A stretch of DNA of 40,670 nt from Bugula neritina. Its lineage: Eukaryota; Animalia; Bryozoa. Below, piece after piece: positions 29,852-40,670 of this stretch. Position 1 is the first letter of the stretch, and the number at the start of each line of letters is the position of its first letter. The position numbers and the translations under genes are program-made. The notes beneath the pieces are model-generated. The model had not been told where the DNA came from. It ran no database searches and saw only the letters and a program-made list of their open reading frames with translations. Location of the stretch: NCBI GenBank assembly GCA_964035545.1, contig CAXIUT010000185.1, forward strand, positions 1 to 40,670, written 5' to 3'.

Positions 29852-30796
29852 TCACTTGATTTTGACAAGTATGGCGGTCATGTTATCACAGCCGATTCCT
29901 GAACTTGTGTCTTTGGCAACTAACTAATCTAGGAGTTCTTCCATCAGCTTTTTGTGAGGTTTAGAGTTATCTAGGTTATTTTTAATAATATCTATTAGTC
30001 CCTGACTGTTATCTACATATCTCTACCATATCCCATCGCAGCCTAGTATTATAAACTCATCACTAGGATGTCTATCAAATTTACGAATATCTGGCTTGCA
30101 TGTAATCATTTGCTAGTGATAACCCAAGTCCTTCCTTGCCTTGTAGTCAAAGTCTCCAAAAGATCTAGTCAAATTGAGACCTCCATTTACCCTTCCCATA
30201 TATATCACTCCTCCTGCGTTCTTGATCCTTCTCTCTTCTTCAGAACTCTCAGGTTTATGATCGAGAGATAAATCTATGGCTTTTCCTCCGCGGCAAAGAG
30301 AACTTCTAGAGTCTCCTGCATTGGCAATAATGAAATGTGTGAGTGTAATCAAAACGACATTGGCTGTGCAGCCAGTTGTCTTAGATATAGGCTCTGTTTC
30401 AGGCATGTTTCTGTGTGAATTTAATTCTCTAGTAGCTTCTTCAGTCAGCAAGATCTAGTCCATGAGCTTGAATGCTTAATCAAGAGCAGCCTAATAGTTT
30501 CTCTTTTTGTAGCTATCAAGATTTTTAAGAACATCGATGAACCTTCCTTAGATGTACTTACTAACCTAGTGACCTAATTGGATCGAAGAATACCTCCGTG
30601 CCCATCAAAAACTCCGAAAAGAGAAACTCCATCTCCGAGATCGACTTCATGAATGGCAGCATCTTCCATGTTTTTTCTCCAACCTAGAGAGAGGAAGAGG
30701 AGTACCTTGCATTTCAGCTTTGCAGTAGATGACTCCAGATCCACTACCTTCTTTGATGTCCTTGGATGTGCTGGGCTATGATAAATAGACTCCCAT
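29852..30796 (-). CDS. Protein phosphatase 2C (PPM family), 22- and 20-nt introns
   Basis: MGVYLS, EMQGWRKNMED, FGVFDGHGG, GCTA, ANAGDSR, DHKP, RVNGGLNLTRSFGDF, GCDGIW, GCDNMT. Confidence 0.96.
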
Positions 30797-31172
30797 TGCT
30801 AGTTCAATACAACTAAAAATAATAAACCTCAACAATATTTTGAGTTAAAATTAAAACTATTCAGCTCACAGGACCTTTCCTTTAACCTAGCTTTGAATCT
30901 AACTCTATTCAGTTATTTCAGTTTATCAAAGATCAAAGTATAAATATTTTGGAAACGCCTTTGACAGGCTTCTCTTTACTTGCTATCTAATTCTGATAAA
31001 ACATAAAATATAAAACGCATAGTAATCAATTGCTAATTCTCATTTAAAGTCATCTTGACCTCGTTTTAAGGATCAAAACTCTTAGAATGATAAAGAACTC
31101 CTTATTATGAATATTTGACTAATTTCTATTGATAATTTTAACAATAGATCAGTTATTAAAGTATTGATTCAA

Positions 31173-32706
31173 ATGAGAACTCAATCAAGATATTCTCCAA
31201 CCAGAAAAGAAGATCAAAGTAGTAATTGAAAGTCAATATAGAACTTATTCAGTACTTGGATGATTTCGGTAAGCAAATAAGCAATCGCAAAAACAACTCA
31301 AGTTTATAATAGCAACTGTCATCTCTGAGTAAAGCTTACAATCAAGCTCAATAAAAATTACTATAAACATAAAGGCTACTTTTGGCTGAATCAATTTTAA
31401 TAGAAAAGCAAAGATCTATTATCGAAGTATAAGCTACTTGATTTAGATATATCGACATATTTTGACTGGTAGTATGTAAGATGATAGTATATTAACATTT
31501 CTTCAAGATATTTAAGAAGATGAAGAAAAGAAGGATATTTTTGATGAATTAGGACATATAAAGAGCATAATTCAGGAGAAAAGGATAAAAAAATATAAAT
31601 AAACACTTCATAGTGATAAAACTAACTCTAATTTACTAAAATAGCTACAAACTCTATCATAATCACATATAAAAAAACATCAATAAAGTACTATCATTAT
31701 CAATTCCAACAACTAACTGAGGAACTAAAATAAATTACTGCATCAATCTAATAATTAACTAAAATTAAAAATATAAACACATAAATCATAACTACAATAA
31801 AAAATATCACTAATATCATCATTAAAAACATTAAATAATTAAATCAACCATTAGTTGAGTATCTGTAAATAAAGCATTATCGATTATTCTTAAAAAATAG
31901 AATAAAATAAAATATTAATTAAAAATATTAAAAATAAAGAAGACTCTATTCTAAAATATAAAACATAAATAGAAAAAATAAATAGCATTTTCTCATAAAA
32001 ACTCTTTTTTAATCACCTATTATCAAATAATTATCAAATAAATAAAATAAATGAAGGATAGCAAAACAAACTAAATAAAATAAATAAAGGATAGCAAATC
32101 AAGATAAATAAAATAAATGAAGGATAGCAAAACAAAGTAAATAAAATAAATGAAGAATAGCAAAACAAAGTAAATAAAATAAATGAAGGATAGCAAAATA
32201 TAGAAAATGAAGAAGAGTAAAAACCTAAAAATAGATACTAAATATAATAGATATAGAGACAGCTATCACAATTATTGAAATACAAAAGATAGTACAAAAG
32301 ACTAAAATAAAAAATTAAAGATAACTAATTTTTAAAACAAGAGATAGGAATATTGAAACAATTTTTATCATAATAGGCACTACTTCTCTTCAAATAATAT
32401 GAATAAAAACAACTCGAATGCCTATAACTATAACTAAGAAATCTATCTCTCCTATAAAAACATAAAATCATTAAGCTAGATTAACTCTAAAGATAAATAT
32501 GGAAATATAAATTATTGCTCATCAGATAATAAGAAAAAAATGGAATAAATTTAAACAATCCACTCATAAATAGTGCTTAGTCTCAAATGTTGAGTTCTAA
32601 ATAAGCTGTAAGCCTCATTGAATCCTTCAGAAATATTCAGTCAAATAAATAATTCCTCCTAAACATCACAAACACCAATGTTTCTTAGTTCACATCTGCT
32701 CCATGA
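31173..32706 (+). CDS. Hypothetical coiled-coil/low-complexity protein with short introns
   Basis: ATG31173; 20-nt intron 31222-31241 removes an in-frame TGA; ends ..VSEFTSAP-TGA 32704-32706. Not all introns mapped. Confidence 0.6.
32041..32199 (+). repeat. 33-bp coding tandem repeat, ~5 copies (NKINEGEQNK[L/I/V])
   Basis: In-frame degenerate repeats visible. Confidence 0.85.
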
Positions 32707-33583
32707 TCTCATTATCCTTTATCTTGTATTACCAGCATGAATTAGTTATTATTTCATTAATAAGTATACGATATCAATCATAGCCATATTGATAACAAGG
32801 TTCACATCTGCTCCATGATCTCATTATCCTTTATCTTGTATTACCAGCATGAATTAGTTATTATTTCATTAATAAGTATACGATATCAATCATAGCCATA
32901 TTGATAACAAGGTTCACATCTGCTCCATGATCTCATTATCCTTTATCTTGTATTACCAGCATGAATTAGTTATTATTTCATTAATAAGTATACGATATCA
33001 ATCATAGCCATATTGATAACAAGGTTCACATCTGCTCCATGATCTCATTATCCTTTATCTTGTATTACCAGCATGAATTAGTTATTATTTCATTAATAAG
33101 TATACGATATCAATCATAGCCATATTGATAACAAGGTTCACATCTGCTCCATGATCTCATTATCCTTTATCTTGTATTACCAGCATGAATTAGTTATTAT
33201 TTCATTAATAAGTATACGATATCAATCATAGCCATATTGATAACAAGGTTCACATCTGCTCCATGATCTCATTATCCTTTATCTTGTATTACCAGCATGA
33301 ATTAGTTATTATTTCATTAATAAGTATACGATATCAATCATAGCCATATTGATAACAAGGTTCACATCTGCTCCATGATCTCATTATCCTTTATCTTGTA
33401 TTACCAGCATGAATTAGTTATTATTTCATTAATAAGTATACGATATCAATCATAGCCATATTGATAACAAGGTTCACATCTGCTCCATGATCTCATTATC
33501 CTTTATCTTGTATTACCAGCATGAATTAGTTATTATTTCATTAATAAGTATACGATATTAATCATAGCCATATTGATAACAAG
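32688..33583. repeat. 112-bp tandem array, 8 copies
   Basis: gttcacatctgctcc recurs every 112 bp; only the last copy shows a C>T change (gatattaatc). Confidence 0.97.
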
Positions 33584-33596
33584 CAGAAAGATTCTC

Positions 33597-35045
33597 TCAA
33601 TATTGAAGACCTTTCACTATATAGGACTCATCCAAAAGGTAGCCTTTGATTCGATTATAAGATGAATTGTCAGACTCTTGCTTCTTCTCAACCATCACCC
33701 AGCTATCTACCATCCGAATAGTCTCCTTGGGAACCATCTTGCTTGCATCTCTTGAAGAACGAGAATCCTCCAACTAGTTCAGGATAGCATAGTGAGATGG
33801 CTACTGATGAGTTATATTATTCTGGTTAGCTCTTCTTCCCTGTCTCTGTTGACCTTGCTGTTTTGGCTGACCTTGTTGTCTCTCTTGAACTTTTTGATTG
33901 TTTTTTTGCCTTGGCTGAGTTGGAGCTGTTGGTTGTGTTGGTTCTTTTCGAGGAGATCTTCTGTTTCTGGATTTGTGCTTTTTATGATAATCTACAGCAT
34001 CGTTAAGAGAGCTTTAGTTAAAGAAGCTAGTTTGATGATGATTTGGTTCAATAAAATTTTGTTTTTTGAGAGAAGGTCTATTTTTTTGTTTAGGACTGAC
34101 GCGATAAAGATGTTCTAGCATAGTTTTATTTTGATCTTGAATATTAAATGTTCTGATTGGGACATCAAATGTCTTATTTCCAGTTTTGTTGACATCTTTT
34201 GTATTCTTTTCTTCTGTACTTACTAACTCGTGTGGTATTTGATGTTCGCTATTTACTAAATCTCTATCATATTTATGCTACTTAGCTTTTGAAGTTTCTT
34301 TGTTCATCTGATTAATAATTACTTCTTTGATTTGTTAGTGCTATTTGAAAGCTTTGAAGGTAGATAACTTATTTTTGATAATAATTTCCATCACATAATG
34401 AAATTTACAGTTTTTAGTACTAGTTTTATCAATTGAACAAAGCTTTCCTATCTAAATTAATGCTCCCATCACGTCTTTCTCCCATTTCACCCTCTAATCT
34501 TTATTCTTTACCTCTCGACTAGATTGTACAGTATTCACACAAAAGTTTTAATTCACCCAAACTTTACCTTTCTTGGCATTATTGTACCCAACCATATCTT
34601 TAGTTACTACAAACTATCCGAACTTATCTGACAACAGACTTAATCCTTCGATAATTCCTTTGAAAATAACCACTTGATCTCTTTATGAAAGCATACTTTT
34701 CGGGTTTTGTTCATAAAGTTTATGAATATGCTCTGTATATACGATAAGATCTGTGTTTTTATCAGGTGTCTGGCAAGAATTCAAACAGGCTGATTCTTCT
34801 TCTTGACTTACTTTTCTAACTTATAGCAGCTCAACACATAAAACTGATATTTGAGGATCTTTTCTCCAGTCGAAAACGTTAGAATCTTATTTAGAGTTGC
34901 TATCACTGTAGTTTTGGAGATGATGTTTTTCAACTATTTACCTGGATAGTTTGTTTTGAATAAGTTATCTATGTTTAGTTTGAGCCAATGATAACCACTG
35001 TTGAAGATCAGAAAATCGAGATGCCTATTTCGGCTGATTTCCCAT
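33597..35045 (-). CDS. Hypothetical protein (~482 aa) with MGN N-terminus and degenerate kinase-like segment
   Basis: ATG35045 and TGA33599-33597 in frame; LIVYTEH..QVVIFKGIIEGLSLL..KVWVN loosely resembles kinase subdomains V-VII without HRD/DFG. Confidence 0.65.
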
Positions 35046-35229
35046 TATTATTATTATGGAACTAACCTCAATAAAAATAGACAATATCAATTTATATCAT
35101 TAACCCATCTATCATATATTATCTAATAATAATAGTCATAATAACTGCCATGAATTTTAGAATTGCTGTATGAAGGTGTGAATAGAAGTGTTGAGTTAAT
35201 GATGAAATAAGAAAGAAAGAGAATGTCAA

Positions 35230-35302
35230 GCCTGTATAGCTTAGTTGGTAGAGCACTTGCCTAGTAAGCAAGAGGTCACCGGTTCGACTCCGGTTACAGG
35301 CT
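35230..35302 (+). tRNA. tRNA-Thr (anticodon AGT)
   Basis: Cloverleaf: GCCTGTA/TACAGGC acceptor stem, CTTGC-CTAGTAA-GCAAG anticodon arm, ACCGG-TTCGACT-CCGGT T arm. Confidence 0.96.
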
Positions 35303-35307
35303 TTTTT
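35302..35307 (+). terminator. RNA polymerase III oligo-T terminator
   Basis: T6 run directly after the tRNA acceptor stem. Confidence 0.8.
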
Positions 35308-35322
35308 ATCCTTATTATAACC

Positions 35323-35434
35323 AAAACATCAGTTAGAGCTATTTGCATGTAAAACATCAGTTAGAGCTATTTGCATGTAAAACATCAGTTAGAGCTATTT
35401 GCATGTAAAACATCAGTTAGAGCTATTTGCAAGT
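35323..35434. repeat. 28-bp tandem array, 4 copies
   Basis: aaaacatcagttagagctatttgca(t/a)gt; only the last copy differs. Confidence 0.95.
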
Positions 35435-35451
35435 AACAGTTTTATAATTAA

Positions 35452-36516
35452 ATGGGAAACAAAAATCAATAAGTTTAAGATAATAACTAAAATAAAGAAG
35501 AAAACGGAACTATCATTCGAGCAAGCAGAGGAAGAAAGGAAATAGCTATAGAGCCGATAACTTTTGATTAATTCGGATAAAGAGTAGATTCTTTTAAAGT
35601 CACATCCAATAAACTAAATAAAACAACCACAGGAAACACATCCAAATTTATCAACTCAAGCAAATTAACCAGTTCTCTCCCTCTAGGCCGGTCAACCATG
35701 AAAGTAGATACATAATTAAATATGAAAGAGCTGCAAGTTATCGTCTAAAATAATAGCTAGCAGATTCCATCTCAAGGAACAGACCTAACCATTCCTTTCT
35801 CTGTTGTTAGACTTAATATCTAAAAATAACTCAAAAACGTCATTTCAGAATATAGACCCTCCTTTTTAGATAAATATTAAAAAAACATCAATAACTCCAC
35901 AAATCATTGGCAAATCAATAACAAAGGCTACTACCTCAAAAAATTAGATAACAACAGAGTCATCGTCATGAAACCCGGGCATATCTACGAAGGATAGTAT
36001 CTTTAACACAACCAAGACATCATTCCCAACAATTATGGTACCCTCATTACTCTTAGAGGCATGTATGTCGGATAGTTTAGAGGAGGATAAGCTCATGGAC
36101 AAGGAACCTACATGGACTACAAACTTAAAACAGTCAACAAAGGAACCTGGAACAAAGGATAAATCACCAACGGATCTATCATCAGTTAATATTATCAGTA
36201 TCAAGGAAATTTTGCTAATAGAATAGCTAATGGAGAAGGAGTTATTGAGTATAAACATAAAAACAGCAAATATAAAGGAAAATTTATTAATGGATGTTAC
36301 TAAGATGAAAATGGATACTTTTCTTCAGACACTTACGACTATTCTGGAGGATTTAAGGGAGGAAAAAAAGATGGAATAGGCTGTTTAATATAAAAATAAA
36401 GATATATAAAGACAAGATCTCAAAGGAAGTTCAAACCTCAGGAATAATTCTAAGGCTACTTTTAGAATGATAGTTATTCAGGAAAGTTCAAAGAATCGAA
36501 TCAAGCTATTAACTGA
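35452..36516 (+). CDS. MORN-repeat protein (~354 aa), MGN N-terminus
   Basis: YEGEY, MYVGEFRGGEAHGQGTY, YQGNFANRIANGEGVI, YKGKFING, YSGGFKGGKKDGIGCL. Confidence 0.88.
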
Positions 36517-36613
36517 TCATAGTTTATCTTTTCTTCACTTCTGATATTAAATTTAACAATATACCTCAAAGTATTAAATCAAACAAGATTAAGGCATTGA
36601 TAAAAGGCATTGA

Positions 36614-36863
36614 GATATAAATCAATTCAGCCCTTGAAGATATAAATCAATTCAGCCCTTGAAGATATAAATCAATTCAGCCCTTGAAGATATAAATCAA
36701 TTCAGCCCTTGAAGATATAAATCAATTCAGCCCTTGAAGATATAAATCAATTCAGCCCTTGAAGATATAAATCAATTCAGCCCTTGAAGATATAAATCAA
36801 TTCAGCCCTTGAAGATATAAATCAATTCAGCCATTGAAGATATAAATCAATTCAGCCATTGAA
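36614..36863. repeat. 25-bp tandem array, 10 copies
   Basis: gatataaatcaattcagcc(c/a)ttgaa; 8 copies with C then 2 with A. Confidence 0.97.
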
Positions 36864-39577
36864 GAGAGACTTCAAATGGCTCTTCCAGACAAAATGCTAT
36901 TTTTTGTACTACTCCAGTCAAAAACAACTTAAAATCTTATCGATCACTTCTAGTTGAATACTCTCGATAGATTTCTATATACTCTTCCAGAATCACCTTT
37001 ACTTTCTTACTCTATAACCTAAATAAACATAATTATACTTGTTCTATTACCATCCGATCTTCATCGCCATATTGAGCTAACACTGCTTGCATTCAACTAC
37101 TCTTTTCCTAGTCTATGCTATTCTTATCTTGCTGTTTAGAGTAGTTGAGTCTATTGTCTAATAGTCCGGCACCAAATCATTCGCATCTACTTCATTCGAT
37201 AGATGCAGATTGTGATAGTGCACATGTAACATATCGTAGTATTCAAGAAGTTATATTTGATATTTAGCTGCTGATAGCCACGTTAAAGGTTCTTCTCCTA
37301 TCTTCTCAGAAAGAAAATCAAAAAGTCTATCAATCCTGTTCTTGTAATTAAATACTACTCTTTTTCTTGAAGCTGTCTCTATCTGGAATTTCATAATCTG
37401 AACGACCTTTGCCATGGTTGTTTCAGTCAAGACTTCTTGATGTCCCAAACTAACTATCTTTTCAATGCATTGAAAGAACTTAAAGAACTGTTTGACTGAA
37501 AGAGACACTGACAAAAGATTTGACCAAAGTTTCCAACTACTTTCTGAATACTTGACAGCTTGTAAGAGAGTAGAGTATGCTTCTTTAAGTTTTTTATTGT
37601 ACATATAGCAAGAAGCCATATTTCCCCAAGCCTAGCCTTGAGTATCGTCAATTGATATACATTCGCTAAAAGCTGGAATTGCCTTCTAAAATTCATTAAG
37701 TCTCATATAACAGCAACCCAAGGTAAACCAGGTATTTGGGTGGTAGTAGTTTGCCTGGGTAGCTTTGCCAAAACTTTATGCTGCTTATTTATAGTCATTT
37801 TTTGAGAAATAATGCCATCCCAAAGATCTCTGAGCTCGAGCATAGGTCCCTTTACTCAACTACCAAGCCTATTAATAGTATTTTTATTCTTGTTATTTAT
37901 TAAGATCTCCGAATATACAAAGCAATCTTGGACTTTTCCCTTGAGACTATAATAGTTTATTTGCCAGTTCTAAAGCTTTTTCTTTAAAGTTTTTGTTAAT
38001 AAGTCCATCAATACACTCTTCATAGAGTCCAGCTTGTTCAAAGAGTTATACAGCTGTAATACTGAGTCCTATTTCCATATACTTATCTGCAAGAACAGTG
38101 ATAAAGTTAAGATATGTTTAGTAGGGAGTAGAGTAGAGGTTAGTTGTATTTTTGTTGATTTGTAAATTATATGAATTTTTGAGTTTTTAAAGTTGATCAA
38201 GAGCTCTTTCAATATTTTTTATTTTTGGAAATTCATTTAAAGATCGTAATAAAAGTAATCCAAAATTATAACTAAAAGAAGTTTCCACTTTGTGAGAAAG
38301 AAGAGTCATAACTGAAGTAGAAATCGATTGAAGTAACATTTAGTCATGAGGTGTTGACCTCCACTAAAAATAGAGGATGGCTAAGGCTACTAATAAATGA
38401 TGTTATTTAATTTCTTTGAGTAAGCCTTCTTTTTGAGTTTAATTCTAGACAAACTTAGGTTTTTATAAAAGAATAGATTCCTCATCGAATGTGGAAGCAC
38501 TCAAATTGTTTGTTTTATCATTTTTAGGGATATTTTTTTATTTAGAAACAAGTTCTTTTGCGTTAATAAGCTAGATGTTATTTTCTTAGAAGTTATCCTA
38601 ATCATGGATAGAAACAATAGGTTATTATTTTTGTTATACGAGGTCCATAACAAGTAGAGAAGTATCAAAGGTTTGATATTTGGTTCTTCTTCCATTTTAC
38701 CAGTAAATTCTATTTTCATATGAAGTAGTTTTGAGCAATGTCTTATGATTTTCTAACTCTAGCTATATTTATAGTAGTACAGTAAAGAATAAGCATACTA
38801 GAGAAGTATTTCAATATACTATTAACAACTTGTCTGTTTCGACATCAGAGTAAGTACATCTTTGTAACTTCCCAGTACAATACAAGATAACTTCTTAACT
38901 GGTGATTTTAAATGTTTGTTATGAAGTTGACCTAATCTAGCAAATATTAGCTTCAATTTTATTTACAACTAAGGAGATGTCTTGCTGGTATTAACTATTT
39001 GTTCTAGAATAACTTATAAAAGAACTATCAAATTGGCAAAAGGAGTGGATTATATCCAATTTTATCCGTCGATCTCAATCTAACTACGATAGTCCTTGAA
39101 ATAACTACCATTTGCCTGAATACTTTTCATAGATAAAAACTAAGAACAATTGTACCAAGTTATTTCTTTCATCCGACTCTTCTGTATTACTTTTGACAAT
39201 TATAGCTCTTAAAATATCTTATCTAACTCACTAAATTCACACTTTTCAGTCTTTTATTAAACAATCAAAAAAGTATCTCTTTTTGAGTGATTAGGTATTT
39301 ATGAAGCAGGAATAAAAGAACTAGAAGGTCCATACACTATCTCTCTCTACAAACAACCAAACAAATGCTCAATTGCTTCACTAACTTGATTAAGATGATT
39401 ATCAAGGAGATGTTAAATAGTTTTAGTGAGAAAGTTTTTTGTGCTGGGATAGTAGTGACTAGAATAGATGATGATGTTGGTGATGAGAGATGTTTTTAAG
39501 TTTTTAGGTTATTAAAAGAGAGTTCTTTTTTGGTTGAGATTCAATTCTTCAGAGATCTTCTAATTTTGTTCCTTCAT
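36847..39577 (-). CDS. TTC27: TPR protein TTC27/Emw1-like, 20-nt intron ~37019-37038
   Basis: YYEKAWELSKGTYARAQRSLG, TWFTLGCCYM, EAWGNMASCY, WKLWSN; ends ..LQWLN-TGA inside the 25-bp array. Confidence 0.8.
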
Positions 39578-39683
39578 AATTCTTTGATTAATATTGTTGA
39601 ATCAAATATTAACTAATCAAAGAATAAAAATTCTCCTATTAATTATTATTTTTTGATTTATTATATTATTTTCATTACCATAA

Positions 39684-40212
39684 ATGCCACCTAAACTCGA
39701 TCCCACAGAAGTCAGATTCAGTACCTCCCCATTAACCTAGTCAACATCAAAGTCTTCGGAGGAGAAGCAGGACCTGCTGCAACTCTCGCTCCTAAACTTG
39801 GTCCTCTCGGTCTGGTACCTCCATAATAAATCAGAATGCCAAGAAAGTCGGAGAAGACATTGTCAAGGAAGGATCTAAATGGAAAGGAATCAGAGTTATG
39901 GTCCAACTTAGATGCCAAAACAGAGCTGCTGAAATCAGTATCAAGCCCAGCTCATCTGCTCTCCTTATCAAGGAACTCGGCAACTATGAGAGAGATAGAA
40001 AGAAAGTCAAGAACGTCAACCACAAGGGAAACCTCACTTTCGAACAGATCAAAAAAGTTGCCAAAGTTATTTAAGAAAAATCAATGGCCAAGACTTCATC
40101 AGGAACAGTAAAGCAAGTCCTTGGAACTTGCCTATCTCTTGGATGTTCAGTAGACAAGCAAAGTCCCAAGCAGATCATTGCCAAAATCAACAACGGTGAA
40201 CTAAAATGCTGA
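39684..40212 (+). CDS. RPL12: 60S ribosomal protein L12 (uL11), 20-nt introns 39721-39740 and 39815-39834
   Basis: MPPKLDP, GGEAGPAATLAPKLGPLGL, KKVGEDI, WKGIRV, QNR, RDRKKVKN, GTVKQVLGTC.S.GC. Confidence 0.97.
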
Positions 40213-40262
40213 TGATCTCTATTTAAACCATAATTTAAATATCAAAATGATAGTGGAACTGG

Positions 40263-40670
40263 TCATAGTTGTTTGATGAAACTCATTTTTTTATAAGCTT
40301 GATCTACTATAAATTGAGTCCATCTCTCAGAACCAACCCGATTCTTCTTCAAATATTCATACATCAAAAACATCTCAGACTCACTCAAATACTTCTTTAC
40401 CAACTCATTCTTCAATATTCTTTTCTTTAACTCTTTCCAATCAGGCTTATTCTTTGATTATTTAGCTGAATCGATATTTTATCCATTGTAGACTACTATT
40501 TGAGGAATTTAGAAGTGATGTCTAGGCTTGTTCCTAAAACTACTTTTACTTGTATTTTTGTTGGTTTTATTTTATGCAGGATGATTGATTTTTACTTTAA
40601 ATTGGTATTGTTTGGAATGAGTTAAAAGTTTATTATTCTTCTATATACTTCTATCTGTTTGATAATCTAC
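40263..40670 (-). CDS. 3' part of a hypothetical protein (starts beyond the window)
   Basis: Open frame from the window end to TGA 40265-40263. Confidence 0.55.

Noticed and set aside
30821-30835. AACCTC words (also ~214 and ~35064) as Tetrahymena chromosome-breakage sequence
   Set aside because: Only a 6-8-bp partial match to the 15-bp Cbs, and not at the telomere junctions.
35230-35302. tRNA as the TAG-decoding suppressor (loop contains CTA)
   Set aside because: The 7-nt loop CTAGTAA puts AGT at positions 34-36, so it is tRNA-Thr.
35323-35434. Arrays as concatenated TA-bounded IESs (unit sizes 25-28 bp resemble short Paramecium IESs and scnRNAs)
   Set aside because: The array boundaries are not TA-delimited and some units include coding sequence; the size match alone is insufficient.
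36614-36863. 25-bp and 28-bp arrays as CRISPR arrays
   Set aside because: They are head-to-tail repeats with no spacers, in a eukaryotic context with no cas genes.

Overview
This is AT-rich, gene-dense macronuclear DNA of a ciliate, starting at a (CCCCAA)n telomere. Conserved proteins only read correctly if TAA and TAG both encode Glu and TGA is the sole stop (peritrich nuclear code, NCBI table 30). The supplied standard-code ORF track is therefore fragmented and mostly misleading. Re-reading by hand in that code gives about 23 protein genes and one tRNA-Thr(AGT). Recognisable genes are ARP5, an F-BAR/SBF2-like protein, SSRP1, an LRR protein, CDC48, a dynein light chain, presequence protease, aminopeptidase N, a nucleotide-sugar transporter, a CRC-domain protein, an OSCA/TMEM63 channel, an ERICH2-like protein, PP2C, a MORN protein, TTC27 and RPL12. 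Introns are tiny (19-22 nt, mostly 20). The most notable structure is two internal (GGGGTT)n tracts sitting inside genes. They look like alternative chromosome ends placed about 200-240 bp upstream of inward-pointing genes. Several tandem arrays also sit right at gene/tRNA 3' ends, and two of them include a stop codon in the repeat unit. All annotation is manual, with no database searches.
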